A DNA stretch of 64,000 bases from Acidobacteriota bacterium. GTDB taxonomy: Bacteria > Acidobacteriota > UBA6911 > RPQK01 > JAJDTT01. Below are positions 9,785-19,882 of the stretch, piece by piece. Within the stretch, counting starts at the first letter, position 1. Each line of letters begins with the position of its first letter. The notes under the pieces were generated by a model. It searched no databases and was not told the DNA's origin. It saw nothing but the letters and a program-made list of their open reading frames with translations. The DNA lies in assembly GCA_965217775.1 (NCBI GenBank), contig CBDCJH010000002.1:2176001-2240000 (forward strand), read 5' to 3'. Position numbers and translations under genes: made by a program.

Positions 9785-11353
9785 TCATCTGTACGAGAAG
9801 AACCAGTAGTAGACGGAAAGGGTCAGGGTGGCGTAAATCAGCCACCAGACTCGAAAATCAGTGAAAAACGAAAACCGGCTCGTGCCGGGACGGAGCGGGA
9901 CCGAAAGACAGGATGACGACCAGGTGACGTCGCGGATCCTCTCCGGATCGGGTCTCCGGGACAACAGGCTGATGACGACCATCAACGTCATGCAGACGAG
10001 CCAGGTCAAGAACATTCGATACAGAAACACGATGTCCGGAAACACGAAGGTCTCGATGAAGACGGCCAGCGGGATCCCCCCCAGTAGAGTCGTCAGGGCG
10101 GCAATGTGATTGGCTCTCTTCCAGAAGATACCCAGGATGAAAACCGACGCAGCGGGTGGGCCGATGTAGGCGAACAGGTTCTGGATCAGAATGAAAACCC
10201 GGCTGGCCTCGTCGATGAAACAGGCCCCGACCGTGGCGACCAGAAGAACCAGCGTCGAGCATATCCTCCCCACGAAGACAATCTCGTGATCCGAAGTACC
10301 AGGCTTGAAGAGTCTCTTGTAGAAATCGAGGGTGATAATGGTGGACGTCGAGTTGACCACCGAGTCGACCGTCGACATGATGGCCGCTGTAAAAGCCGCC
10401 ATCAGCAAACCGAACAACCCTGCCGGCAGGACTTCTCGGGCCAGAACGGGATAGGCCGTGTTGCTGTCGTTCAGATCGGGGTACAGGACGAAGGCGATGA
10501 TGCCGGGAACCACAATCACGAACGGGGTGATCACCTTGATGAACCCCGCTGTAATGATTCCCATCCGAGCATCCCACTCACTCCGCGCTCCCAGAATCCG
10601 TTGAATCAGGTTCTGATTGGTGGAGGTGTACCAGACATTGACCGAGACGATCACTGCGAAAACACCGGGCCACGGAAACGCCTCATGATCGGCCGGCAGA
10701 AACAGCTTGAAATGCTCCGGCGCCCGCTCTACCAGAGCACTCCACCCCCCGACCTCCTGCAGCCCGAACAGGAGAACCAGAAGTGCGCTCGCCAGCATCA
10801 CGATCACCTGGATGAAATCGGTCCAGGCCACCGACACGAGCCCCCCATAAATCGTGTAGCTGCCGGCGACCACCGCAATCACAATGATGCCGACCTCCAG
10901 TTCCCATCCGAAGAGCGTCTTCAACGCCACGCCCCCGGCGAAGAGGACGACCGCCAGAAAGGCCGAGATGTTGATCAGCACGGTCAGGATGCCGAAGGCA
11001 TACCGGCACGCCGAGTTGAACCGCCTCTCCAGAAATTCGGGCATGGTGTAGAAGCCTCCTCGGTAGTACAGAGGAAGGATCAGCCAGGCCAGGAGGGAAA
11101 ACGTGACGATTCCGTTCCACTCCCATGCCGCCAGGGCGATCCCGTACAGATACGCCATGCCGATCATGCCGATGAAATGTTCCGTGCTCAGATTGCTGCC
11201 GATATAGGAACACCCGACCACGTACCAGGGCAGAGAGCGTCCGGCCAGGAAATAGTCTTCTGCCGTCTTCTGCCTTCGGGATCCGACAATGAGACCCACC
11301 ACCACACAAACCAGAAAGTAGGCACCAAACGTCAGAATGTTCAGTCCTGCCAT
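9785..11353 (-). CDS. Sodium:solute symporter (SSS/SGLT family)
   Basis: DYFLAGRSLPW, SNLSTEHFIG, TMPEFLERRF, YTIYGGL...WTD, AAIMST; many transmembrane helices. Confidence 0.95.
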   Translation of the reverse strand: MAGLNILTFGAYFLVCVVVGLIVGSRRQKTAEDYFLAGRSLPWYVVGCSYIGSNLSTEHFIGMIGMAYLYGIALAAWEWNGIVTFSLLAWLILPLYYRGGFYTMPEFLERRFNSACRYAFGILTVLINISAFLAVVLFAGGVALKTLFGWELEVGIIVIAVVAGSYTIYGGLVSVAWTDFIQVIVMLASALLVLLFGLQEVGGWSALVERAPEHFKLFLPADHEAFPWPGVFAVIVSVNVWYTSTNQNLIQRILGARSEWDARMGIITAGFIKVITPFVIVVPGIIAFVLYPDLNDSNTAYPVLAREVLPAGLFGLLMAAFTAAIMSTVDSVVNSTSTIITLDFYKRLFKPGTSDHEIVFVGRICSTLVLLVATVGACFIDEASRVFILIQNLFAYIGPPAASVFILGIFWKRANHIAALTTLLGGIPLAVFIETFVFPDIVFLYRMFLTWLVCMTLMVVISLLSRRPDPERIRDVTWSSSCLSVPLRPGTSRFSFFTDFRVWWLIYATLTLSVYYWFFSYR

Positions 11354-11422
11354 CGAAGGACTTCCTTCCCTGAACACAATGCGGTCTGTTGGGAGCGCGA
11401 CGGAGACCAGATCGAGGTAAAA

Positions 11423-12601
11423 TCAGTCAAACGAAGGTGTCTGATAGATCACCCTCCCCCGGACCCGGATCTCCACATCAACCAGGTAGTTTGCCAGCCT
11501 GTCCGTGTCGGGGGTCAGGCCCAGACCCGGACACTGCGGAGCCCGGATCTCACCGTTGCTGTCGGGGTCCAGTCTCTCTTTCGTCAGATTTCGAGCCAGC
11601 GGCTTGGCTTCAAATGGATACTCACAGAGGCGGTGGTGCTCCAGCCCCGCAAAGGGCTGCAAGGACGCACTCAGGGCCAGATAGGACGTGAAGGTGTGGT
11701 TGATATAGCTGACGTCTTTCGAGTCGGCATGCTCGGCGACTCTCTTGGCCACCATAAGCCCGCCAATTCTTCCGGTATCGATCTGGATGTAATCAATCCC
11801 GCCACGGTCGATCAGGCTCTTGGCCATGTCGAAGTTATGAGAGCCTTCACCACCCGCCAGACTGAGGTCTCCGTTCCTCTCGGAAAGATCCCTATAGGCA
11901 TCCACCGATTCGTAGTCGAAAGGCTCTTCCAGGAACTCGATACCACACTCGTGCAGCGCCCTGAGCCGCTTGCCCGCCTCTTCTACGTCTTCGCCCCAGA
12001 CCCCACCGGCATCCACAAACAGCCTGCAGTCGGGTCCCAGACCTTCCCGGGCCGCAAACACCTGGTCTCGGTCCTCGCCCACTCCGCGATGGCCGTAGGG
12101 TCCCCATCCAAACTTGGCGGCCCGGAGACCGGCGCCGACCACCTCTTCCGCCCGCCTTCGCGTGTCTTCCGGTTCGTCTCCAAACAGCAAAGAGGCATAG
12201 GCCTGTTTCGGGAAGGAGCTTGAATAGCCCAGCAGGCTGTACACGGGTTCATTTCTCTTCCGGCCCAGCAGATCCCACATGGCGATGTCGACCCCGGACA
12301 GAATGTGATCCCGCTGCAGCAGATCCCGGCTCCTCTCGCGCACAAGCCGGCCAATCCGTTGAATATCCTCGACGCTCTCCAGCCTCTGCCCGAGCAGCGA
12401 TTCCTGAACGCCCAGGCAGGCACTGTGAGACATCGGTGCAACCAGACCGGCAATGGATACGAGAGGAGAAGCTTCACATTCGCCCCAGCCCACCCAGCCT
12501 CCCGAACTGACGCGCACCAGCAGCGTATCCTGACTGCCGTCTCCTATATCCAGGACTTCCGGCATCGCCAGATAGAAGAAATCCACCGCCTCAATCTTCA
12601 T
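11423..12601 (-). CDS. Mandelate racemase/muconate lactonizing enzyme family (probable sugar-acid dehydratase)
   Basis: GWGE, SGVDIAMWDLLGR, metal ligands in VDAG / LEEP / GGE, and catalytic-type His in INHT. Confidence 0.92.
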   Translation of the reverse strand: MKIEAVDFFYLAMPEVLDIGDGSQDTLLVRVSSGGWVGWGECEASPLVSIAGLVAPMSHSACLGVQESLLGQRLESVEDIQRIGRLVRERSRDLLQRDHILSGVDIAMWDLLGRKRNEPVYSLLGYSSSFPKQAYASLLFGDEPEDTRRRAEEVVGAGLRAAKFGWGPYGHRGVGEDRDQVFAAREGLGPDCRLFVDAGGVWGEDVEEAGKRLRALHECGIEFLEEPFDYESVDAYRDLSERNGDLSLAGGEGSHNFDMAKSLIDRGGIDYIQIDTGRIGGLMVAKRVAEHADSKDVSYINHTFTSYLALSASLQPFAGLEHHRLCEYPFEAKPLARNLTKERLDPDSNGEIRAPQCPGLGLTPDTDRLANYLVDVEIRVRGRVIYQTPSFD

Positions 12602-12613
12602 TGGAGCCCGTCC

Positions 12614-15600
12614 TCAGTATTCAAGACGCAATCTGACCTCTGTGTCCCGAGGCTCGAGTCGCACGATCCCCGGCTTCGCATCAAAGTCAGCATAAGGTTT
12701 TCCGTTCAGGCGGACGGACCGGATCGCGCTCCCCCCAGGATGGCGGACGCGCAGGAGGATTTCCCGGGGAGGCTGGCGCGTGGGAGACTCGACAGTGGCC
12801 TCGATATAGCCTCTGTCCGTTGAGGATTCGAGACTGTACGACACGGTCCCAAACCGGGTGGGAGCCTCCCTGACCCGTACCTTCTTCCCGTTCTCGAGAT
12901 AGTACTCGGGGACGGCCAGGGCCAGCCAGAGACTGTCCTCCTGCTCATCAACGAACAGCCTTCGAAACTGCAGAAGGCCCCGCGCCGTGCAGTGCGTCTT
13001 GTCCCAGGCTGCACTGTAGTTGTGCTCCCAGAACGTCATGTTCTCCGTGTCCAGATAGGAAGGCACCCAGTTGAATGCGGCACGGATCAGCGCCCTCTCT
13101 TCCTTTCTCAGCGCATAGATCGTGGCGGTCCGGTTGTGCCCGATGTAGTACTTGGAAAAACCTCCGCGATCGTACCACTCCTGCCGGTTCTGCTCGGCGC
13201 TGTACGCCGGCGTCAGGTGCGCGTCGATCAGAAAGACATCGTCCTCGAACTGGTCCAGCATGTCCTCGACAATGGCCGAGTTGGGATCCAGGACACCCAG
13301 CGCATACAGGTGGTGAGCTCCGTGATCCAGGTCGTAGGTGTACGTATTGCTCCGGTTCCCGCTGGGGTAGAGAAGACCGGTTCGACCCCGCCCGTAAACG
13401 GAACAGGGATAGGGCAACACCCACTCCCCGTTGGGCAGGGGCAGGACGGGACTGCGGGCCTGAATCCGCTGATAGGCACGGGCGATATCCTGACGGAAGG
13501 CTTCGGCCTCCTGTACCAGATCCTCGGTCCCCGGATAGCCGTTCTCGGAAAGCACTCGAGCGGCGTTCGAGAGCCCCGCGTAGTGTATCGCCTGCGAGTA
13601 GAATCGGTACGCGAAACGGCCCCAGTCCCCCGTCACCCCGGGCGGAATCAGCCCGTACTCCCGCACCTTCTTCCCCTCGGCGTCCAGCGCCTTGGTCTTC
13701 TCGCGCTGACGAATGATCCAGCGGCAGGCACGCATCATGGGAGCGGCCACCGACTTCAGCCATTCGCGGTCACCTGTCAGATCGAAATATTCAGCGATGG
13801 AAAACAGATTCCAGCCCGTTCCCATCAACGTGTAGCCGGTCGTCAGGGCACCCGTACGATTGTACTTACTGAGAAAGTAGGCCAGCCCGTGACGACCGAA
13901 GTCCAGCTGACCATACTCTGACATCGCACGAATTAGCGTCTGCGCTTCATTCTCCAGTGGCCCGTAGGTGTTGGCTGCGATCCAGGGAGCGACCCGCTCT
14001 CCGTCTCCCTCGTTGCGTGCATTCGAAAGAATCCGTGCCACCGACGACCGCAGAACGTTCATCAGAAACGGATCGGGGACTTCAATCTGAGTGCCCGGCT
14101 GCAGGGCGCTTCGCCAGTACTCCTCAGTGGCCTCGAGAAGAGCTCTCCCCTTCTCCTTGCCACCGGTCAGGGAACCGTCCACCGGACCCTGCTGCGAGAG
14201 ATACAGCACACAGCAAGCCTCCTCTCTAGCCCCCAGCCTGCCGGACAGGACCACTTTCCCTTCCACGACTTCGACCTGCAAGGGACCGGCGTCGTCCGTG
14301 TTCACCAGAACCCAGAGCTGACCCTCGCTCGCCACCAGGTTTGAGTCGGTGCGAGCCAATTCGACAGGCTCCCGAAAAGGCTGCGCAGCCCTGCCGCGAC
14401 GCCACCGGCTCAGTTCCAGACTCAGTCCCAGACGGACCTCTGCCGGAACATCTTTCTGGTTGACGATCTCGAACTGGGATACACAAACGCCCCGGCTGTC
14501 CCCGAGCCACTTCTCCGAATGTGGTCTTCGGCTTTCGTCCAGAGGCGCCACGAACGTCCGCTGGCTGTAGAGAATCCCGTCCTCCTCGAACGAATTGACC
14601 GGGATCGGCATCCACTCGCCGTGCAAGCGCCGCGTGATTCGGTCCGCTCTGGGACTGCGTTTCGGCCTCCCCCCGGAGCCGTAGATGGTCATCCAGTTCG
14701 CCAATTCGAAACGGTCGAGTCCGAATTCCGGCGTCAGGTGGAGCCGACCGGGAACGGTCAAGACACCGGCCGGCTGCAACACATATTTCTGGTTGGCACC
14801 CGCCAGTGACAGCAGGGTGGGGCTCCGGTTCCCGGCCGGATGACGCATCTTCATGGCGGCCGAGAGACGCTGGTCGGACCGTTTCACAACCCGCTCCCGA
14901 ATCGTTTCCTTTTGCCCGACCCTGGCCCGAACGCTCTCCAGATTCTCTCCGTCGTCACTCGACGTCACCAGCACGCCCGCCTGCCGTACATAGACGGGGC
15001 CTTCGGCCAGCACATCTTCGACGGCTACCGTAAAGGGCGTCTCACCGAGGGTTACCGACAGAAGCGTCCGATCCGCATAGTGCGCTCCGGCTGGATCGGC
15101 CGGCGGCACGCTGTAGCGCACCCGGACCTCGAGCGGCCGGCGTGTTTCCCAAGTTTGCTCGATACCTCCGGAAGGCAGGAACAGGCCGTTGAACAACTCC
15201 ACGCTGGTGGTTGAGTTGGCCGTCTGGGCCGCCTCCAGACGCAGTTCGATGTCTTCCCACCGGGAAACTGTCCATGCTGAAAGAGATTCAACCCGGGCCC
15301 CTCCGCTCTTCTCGGGAAGCAACCACCGAATCTTCAGGGTTCCTTTATCGGCCAGGATCGACCCCGGGTCGGTGCCCGCATCGACGGTGCAATTCAGCTG
15401 TTTCCCGTCCCGCCGAATCGGCGAGTTCAGGGTCAGCCATTCTCCCTGCCACAGGGACTCGCGGCTTTCCTCTCCGTGCCAGAACTGGACCCTGACCTCA
15501 CTGGCCGCGGGACACTGGTTCGCCTCCTCGAAGGTCACGCTCAAGAACCGTACAAAGCGATTGACTTCCCAGCGCAGACCGATCGCGGCTCCCGCCTCTC

Positions 15601-15895
15601 CCCAACCGACCACCCGGTACCCGCCGCTCTCCTTCGCCAGCTCCTGTCCCGGAAAAACAAATTCGGCGGGAAACTCCTCCGTGCGACCGGGCAGTAGCTT
15701 CTCCTGGCGCGGGTCCCAAGTCATCACCCGCCCGAAGGGGGCGATGTCCACCGTCAAGGGTTTTCCTTCGCTAGCCTCTCGGCCGACCGTCGCCGCCGGT
15801 CCGGCAGCGATGCCCGCCGCCAAGCCCGGCAGCAGGGCAACCGCAAAGAGAATTCGAAGAGTAGATTCTTGAAGCCCTGGCGCTACTCTAGCCAT
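12614..15895 (-). CDS. Large secreted protein with probable C-terminal (alpha/alpha)6 glycosidase-like domain
   Basis: Signal peptide; helical C-terminal half (EYFDLTGDREWL, GLIPPGVTGDW) and APTRFGTVSY beta-tail typical of six-hairpin glycosidase-like proteins; operon context. Confidence 0.6.
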   Translation of the reverse strand: MARVAPGLQESTLRILFAVALLPGLAAGIAAGPAATVGREASEGKPLTVDIAPFGRVMTWDPRQEKLLPGRTEEFPAEFVFPGQELAKESGGYRVVGWGEAGAAIGLRWEVNRFVRFLSVTFEEANQCPAASEVRVQFWHGEESRESLWQGEWLTLNSPIRRDGKQLNCTVDAGTDPGSILADKGTLKIRWLLPEKSGGARVESLSAWTVSRWEDIELRLEAAQTANSTTSVELFNGLFLPSGGIEQTWETRRPLEVRVRYSVPPADPAGAHYADRTLLSVTLGETPFTVAVEDVLAEGPVYVRQAGVLVTSSDDGENLESVRARVGQKETIRERVVKRSDQRLSAAMKMRHPAGNRSPTLLSLAGANQKYVLQPAGVLTVPGRLHLTPEFGLDRFELANWMTIYGSGGRPKRSPRADRITRRLHGEWMPIPVNSFEEDGILYSQRTFVAPLDESRRPHSEKWLGDSRGVCVSQFEIVNQKDVPAEVRLGLSLELSRWRRGRAAQPFREPVELARTDSNLVASEGQLWVLVNTDDAGPLQVEVVEGKVVLSGRLGAREEACCVLYLSQQGPVDGSLTGGKEKGRALLEATEEYWRSALQPGTQIEVPDPFLMNVLRSSVARILSNARNEGDGERVAPWIAANTYGPLENEAQTLIRAMSEYGQLDFGRHGLAYFLSKYNRTGALTTGYTLMGTGWNLFSIAEYFDLTGDREWLKSVAAPMMRACRWIIRQREKTKALDAEGKKVREYGLIPPGVTGDWGRFAYRFYSQAIHYAGLSNAARVLSENGYPGTEDLVQEAEAFRQDIARAYQRIQARSPVLPLPNGEWVLPYPCSVYGRGRTGLLYPSGNRSNTYTYDLDHGAHHLYALGVLDPNSAIVEDMLDQFEDDVFLIDAHLTPAYSAEQNRQEWYDRGGFSKYYIGHNRTATIYALRKEERALIRAAFNWVPSYLDTENMTFWEHNYSAAWDKTHCTARGLLQFRRLFVDEQEDSLWLALAVPEYYLENGKKVRVREAPTRFGTVSYSLESSTDRGYIEATVESPTRQPPREILLRVRHPGGSAIRSVRLNGKPYADFDAKPGIVRLEPRDTEVRLRLEY

Positions 15896-16092
15896 TGTGA
15901 ATTCTCCGTCGGTTTTCCGTTGTCGAAATCTGAAGGTCAGCGGCAGACTATCGGCCTCACTGAGGATGTCGCCTTCTCCCGAACCTCCCACGACTTTTTC
16001 TCGGACCCCGAGGTGAGACAAAGGGAAATCTACCCGGCCCGTCCGGTCACTCTCCAGCCAGAACAGTGCTCCAGGGAGTCGCGACAAAGTGC

Positions 16093-16133
16093 CTGAGAGC
16101 CCCACCGCAGTCCGCCACGGCGGCGGCTCTCAG
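16093..16133. repeat. Intergenic hairpin after the TonB receptor gene (possible terminator or mRNA-stabilising element)
   Basis: CCTGAGAGCC...GGCTCTCAGG inverted repeat without a U-tract. Confidence 0.4.
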
Positions 16134-16175
16134 GTATCAGCTCCAATCAGCTCTTCCGCAGGAACTCCCTTGCCA

Positions 16176-19100
16176 TCAAAAAGCCACCCTCAAGCCGAGC
16201 TGGATGGATCTCCCGGCACCGACACGTCTGATTCTTCCAAAGGTGCGCGGATTGTTGAAATTGGAGGCCGGTGCATTAAAGATGTGGCGATTGAAGAGGT
16301 TGAAGAACTCGCCTCGCAGGTGAACCTGGACCTGTTCCCCGACATAGATCTTCTTGATCAAGGAGACGTCCTCGTTCAGCAAAAAGGGAGCCCGTACATG
16401 GGGGATTCGCCGAGGAGCGTTGCCGATTGTGAAGGGAGCCGGGGCCTCAAAAGCACCGATATTCAGGTACCGGTCCACGGCCGGATCGAAGTCTCCTATA
16501 CCGACAGAGGAACGGACGTTAGAGGACACCCAGAGTGGCCGGTTTCCGCCCGAGAAACCGGGCAGCACCGGGCCCCCGGTTACGCTCAGGGTCGGGGCGC
16601 TCTGATAGCGCAAAATGGCCTGTAGCTGCCAGCCTCCGAGAATGTTGTTCACCGTGCCGTTCCAACCGCTTCCAAAGCGTCGGCCGTGACCAAACGGCAG
16701 CTCGTAAATTCCCGACATCACCAGGACGTGGGTTTGATCCAAGGCGGTGTGGGCTTTCTCGAGATCCCGGTTGAACGTATTTAGTGCTCGAAAACGCGCC
16801 CCGCCGCTGCCGGCAAAGGCGTCGCTGAAAGTGTTGTGCTGGGCTGCCCCCAGGCTCTTTGACAGAGTGTAGGAAGTGAGGAACGAATTGCCCCCCGAGA
16901 ATCGCTTCTGCAAGCGCACCTGCAGGGCATGGTACTGATTGTATCCGGTGGGCTGCTGGTTGTTCCGGATATCGGTAAACTGCGGGAAAGGCCTCAGGGC
17001 CTGCGCCACAGACCCGTTGAAACTGGGATAGGGCTTTTCGATCCCTGCCGCAATCGCCGCGGAAGAATTGATGTTGGCCAGAAGCAGAGACCCCAAGGAG
17101 AGATAGCTCGGAGCGACCTGGTTGATGTCTTCCAGTCCCGCCGTTATCCGATCGTTCTTGTTGCCAACGTAGGCGAGTTCCAGGAAAACGCTGGATGTCA
17201 CCCCCCGCTGAACGCTCAGGGTCCAGCTTTGGTTGATAGCTGACAGGCCGCCCGAGGGATTGGCGTAGTCGATAGGACCGTTGTTGGTCTGGGCGGGGTC
17301 GGTGTTGGGGATTTCGATCCCAGACTCATTGATGGGAAATCCCTCCGATAGGATGAAGGCGGGCGTGATCCCCTGGTCGGTCGAGGCGAAAGCCGGCAGA
17401 GGCGAGAAGCCCTGCTCATGAACCACCCCGTGCCCGATCCTCAGGGCGTTGGTGAAGAAATGGAAAAGCCCGTAGCCGGCCCGGAGCACCGTCTTGTCGG
17501 AGAGACGATAGGCCAGACCCAAGCGAGGCGAAAACGCGCTCCGGTAGTCCTCGCCGACGATGCTGTCGATGTCACCGGCCCGACCGGGTCCGTTGCCGAA
17601 AAGCACGAGCGCTCCCGGGATCCCTCCGGCACCGGGGTTGGGCGCGTTCACGTCCAAGCTGGAGACCTGGTCTTCCGCTTCGCGCAGATACCAGGGCATG
17701 TCGTAGCGAAGCCCCAGGGTCACCGTCAGTTTCGGACTGAGCTGGAACACATCCTCTCCGTACAAGGTGAGGATGTGCTCATGGAAAGTCCTGTCGGAGG
17801 CTGCAATCCTGCGTTCCGTGTTGAAAACCTGTCCCAGCAGAAAACTGGCCCACGAGCTTCCCCAGGTGCTGAACGACTCGTTGGGCTGCGAAGTGGAAAG
17901 GTTGCGGAAACCATAGGTGCCCAGCTGATTCCTTCCCTGGACCCAGTGGATGCTCTTGCGCAGGACTTCGACTCCAAACTTGAACTGGTGATCGCCCCTG
18001 ATCCAGGTGAGATTCTCCACGAAGTTCAGGTTGTCCGTGTCCTTCTCGACCGGCATGCCCGAAGCATTCCCGTAAGCTGGCTGACCGGTAATTCTGAAGG
18101 TAGGAATGCCGGGGCCATCAGCCGGAAGGTTCGGGATCTGGAAAACACTGGCCCCATTCCGGGCGTCGCGCTGCTGCTCGTTCGGTTTCAGGTAGGTGTA
18201 CCCCACCGTGAGATGATTGAGCAGGGTGCTCGAGAGCGAGGAGTCCCAGTTGAAGCGCAGGGGCGTCGAATCGGTCCGGAATACGACCAGGGTATCGAGT
18301 TCTCCGGGAACCGCGCCGAAGCGATCTTCGTCCCGATTCACATCCCAGAAGGTAAACGCGATATGGTTCGAGTCGGAAATCTTGTGGTCGACCTTGATGC
18401 TCCAGGTGTACTCGGAAGCCGGACGTTGAGAGCGATTCACAAAATTGTTGAAGGGCTGGCCGGGAATATCGAGTGGCGGCAACAGGGAAGCCAGAGGTAT
18501 GGCGTTGGGATCGAATCGGCTCTGAGGGATCACGTTGTTCGGAAACTGGTCCCGGACAAGCCCTCCAGCCCCGTCAGGCCTCGTCGTCGCCGGATCAAAT
18601 ATCGGAAAGGGCCACTCCGAAAAGTCGCCGCCTCTCATTTTCTGGGTCGGCAATGTGACCAGACTCGCCGAAGCGGCGCCCCCGCGGCGCTCAAAGCCCG
18701 CGTAGGAAAAGAAAAAGAACGTTCGATCCTTGATGATCGGCCCTCCCAGAGAGCCTCCGAACTCGTTTTGCCGGACGATCGGCCTCTCTCTGGCAAAAAA
18801 GGATCGCGCGTCCAGCTTATCATTTCGCAGGAAGTCGAAAACGCTGCCGTGGAACTCATTGTTCCCCGACTTGAGGGCTAACTCCACGTTTCCAAAACCG
18901 CGCCCGTATTCGACCGGCATGAGTGTGTTGTGGACCTTGAATTCTCCGACGGCCTCGTATGGCGGGCTCAGGTTCGTCGAGTAGCCGGGGATCCAGAGGG
19001 TGGTTGAAGTGCTTCCGTCAAAGCCGACCTCGTCACTCCACCCCTGGCCGCCGTTGATCGATTTTCGGTTGACGTTCCCGGTGACGCCCGGGGTGAGGAG

Positions 19101-19595
19101 GACGAAACTCTCCGCCTGTCGGCGCGCACCGCTGAGGGCCAGGGGGAGTTCCTCCAGGACCTTGTCCTCCATCACGGTGCCGATTTCGGCATTGGTCGTG
19201 TTCAGGGCGATCTCGGTACCCTCTACGGTGACTTCATCGCTGATTTCTCCCACCTCAAGCGTCACATCCACCGTGGTCGAGGTTGCCGTCTGTACGACGA
19301 CTTTCTCATGAACCACGCTCTTGAAACCCGGCACTGAGGCGGAGAGACGGTACTCTCCGATGGGGAGCGCATCGATCTGATAGCGACCTACCGACCCGGT
19401 AATTATTGAAAACACCTGGTTCCTCGCGAGGTGAGTGACGGTGACTTCGACCCCGGGTATGGGCAGACCGGCGGTGTCGGAAACCACGCCCCGAACTCCG
19501 CCCTTCCCGCCCTGGCCAGACACCATGGTCGGCGTGGCCGCCAGCAGCAGGCACCCGTAAATACATACTTTCAGGAAATCCTGGGTTCTCATCAT
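16176..19595 (-). CDS. TonB-dependent receptor, Oar-like, with N-terminal carboxypeptidase-regulatory-like domain
   Basis: GVVSDTAGLPIPGVEVTV, KSGNNEFHGSVFDFLRNDKLDAR, NEFGGSLGGPI, and C-terminal RSIQLGLRVAF. Confidence 0.95.
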   Translation of the reverse strand: MMRTQDFLKVCIYGCLLLAATPTMVSGQGGKGGVRGVVSDTAGLPIPGVEVTVTHLARNQVFSIITGSVGRYQIDALPIGEYRLSASVPGFKSVVHEKVVVQTATSTTVDVTLEVGEISDEVTVEGTEIALNTTNAEIGTVMEDKVLEELPLALSGARRQAESFVLLTPGVTGNVNRKSINGGQGWSDEVGFDGSTSTTLWIPGYSTNLSPPYEAVGEFKVHNTLMPVEYGRGFGNVELALKSGNNEFHGSVFDFLRNDKLDARSFFARERPIVRQNEFGGSLGGPIIKDRTFFFFSYAGFERRGGAASASLVTLPTQKMRGGDFSEWPFPIFDPATTRPDGAGGLVRDQFPNNVIPQSRFDPNAIPLASLLPPLDIPGQPFNNFVNRSQRPASEYTWSIKVDHKISDSNHIAFTFWDVNRDEDRFGAVPGELDTLVVFRTDSTPLRFNWDSSLSSTLLNHLTVGYTYLKPNEQQRDARNGASVFQIPNLPADGPGIPTFRITGQPAYGNASGMPVEKDTDNLNFVENLTWIRGDHQFKFGVEVLRKSIHWVQGRNQLGTYGFRNLSTSQPNESFSTWGSSWASFLLGQVFNTERRIAASDRTFHEHILTLYGEDVFQLSPKLTVTLGLRYDMPWYLREAEDQVSSLDVNAPNPGAGGIPGALVLFGNGPGRAGDIDSIVGEDYRSAFSPRLGLAYRLSDKTVLRAGYGLFHFFTNALRIGHGVVHEQGFSPLPAFASTDQGITPAFILSEGFPINESGIEIPNTDPAQTNNGPIDYANPSGGLSAINQSWTLSVQRGVTSSVFLELAYVGNKNDRITAGLEDINQVAPSYLSLGSLLLANINSSAAIAAGIEKPYPSFNGSVAQALRPFPQFTDIRNNQQPTGYNQYHALQVRLQKRFSGGNSFLTSYTLSKSLGAAQHNTFSDAFAGSGGARFRALNTFNRDLEKAHTALDQTHVLVMSGIYELPFGHGRRFGSGWNGTVNNILGGWQLQAILRYQSAPTLSVTGGPVLPGFSGGNRPLWVSSNVRSSVGIGDFDPAVDRYLNIGAFEAPAPFTIGNAPRRIPHVRAPFLLNEDVSLIKKIYVGEQVQVHLRGEFFNLFNRHIFNAPASNFNNPRTFGRIRRVGAGRSIQLGLRVAF

Positions 19596-19882
19596 ACTTC
19601 TCCTTTTCAGCGAATTCAGAAAGCTTGCGACCTAGGATATCTTCTAAAGATTAGAACTCTGATCGGGCCTTATGTCAAGAGAGTAATCGATCAATGATGA
19701 AGTTTCGACTAACTCATGTCGTATGTATATTTAACTAATTGAAAATAAACAAGTTATAAGAATATTTCAGATCCGATTCACATTCGATATCTTGATAGTA
19801 CGGCAATTTCGTCCGATATATAGGATCTATTATCGATCAAAATTCACGTCTTTGAGACAGTCTGTAAGCCTGATCCCGATGA

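Noticed and set aside
10106-12223. 705-aa plus-strand ORF, and similar long ORFs such as 46091-48532 and 17418-18881
   Set aside because: These are antisense or alternate-frame shadows of well-supported genes, as expected in high-GC DNA.
19846-19866. TTTGAGACAGTCTG resembling an IS terminal sequence
   Set aside because: A single short match with no partner end or transposase to support it.
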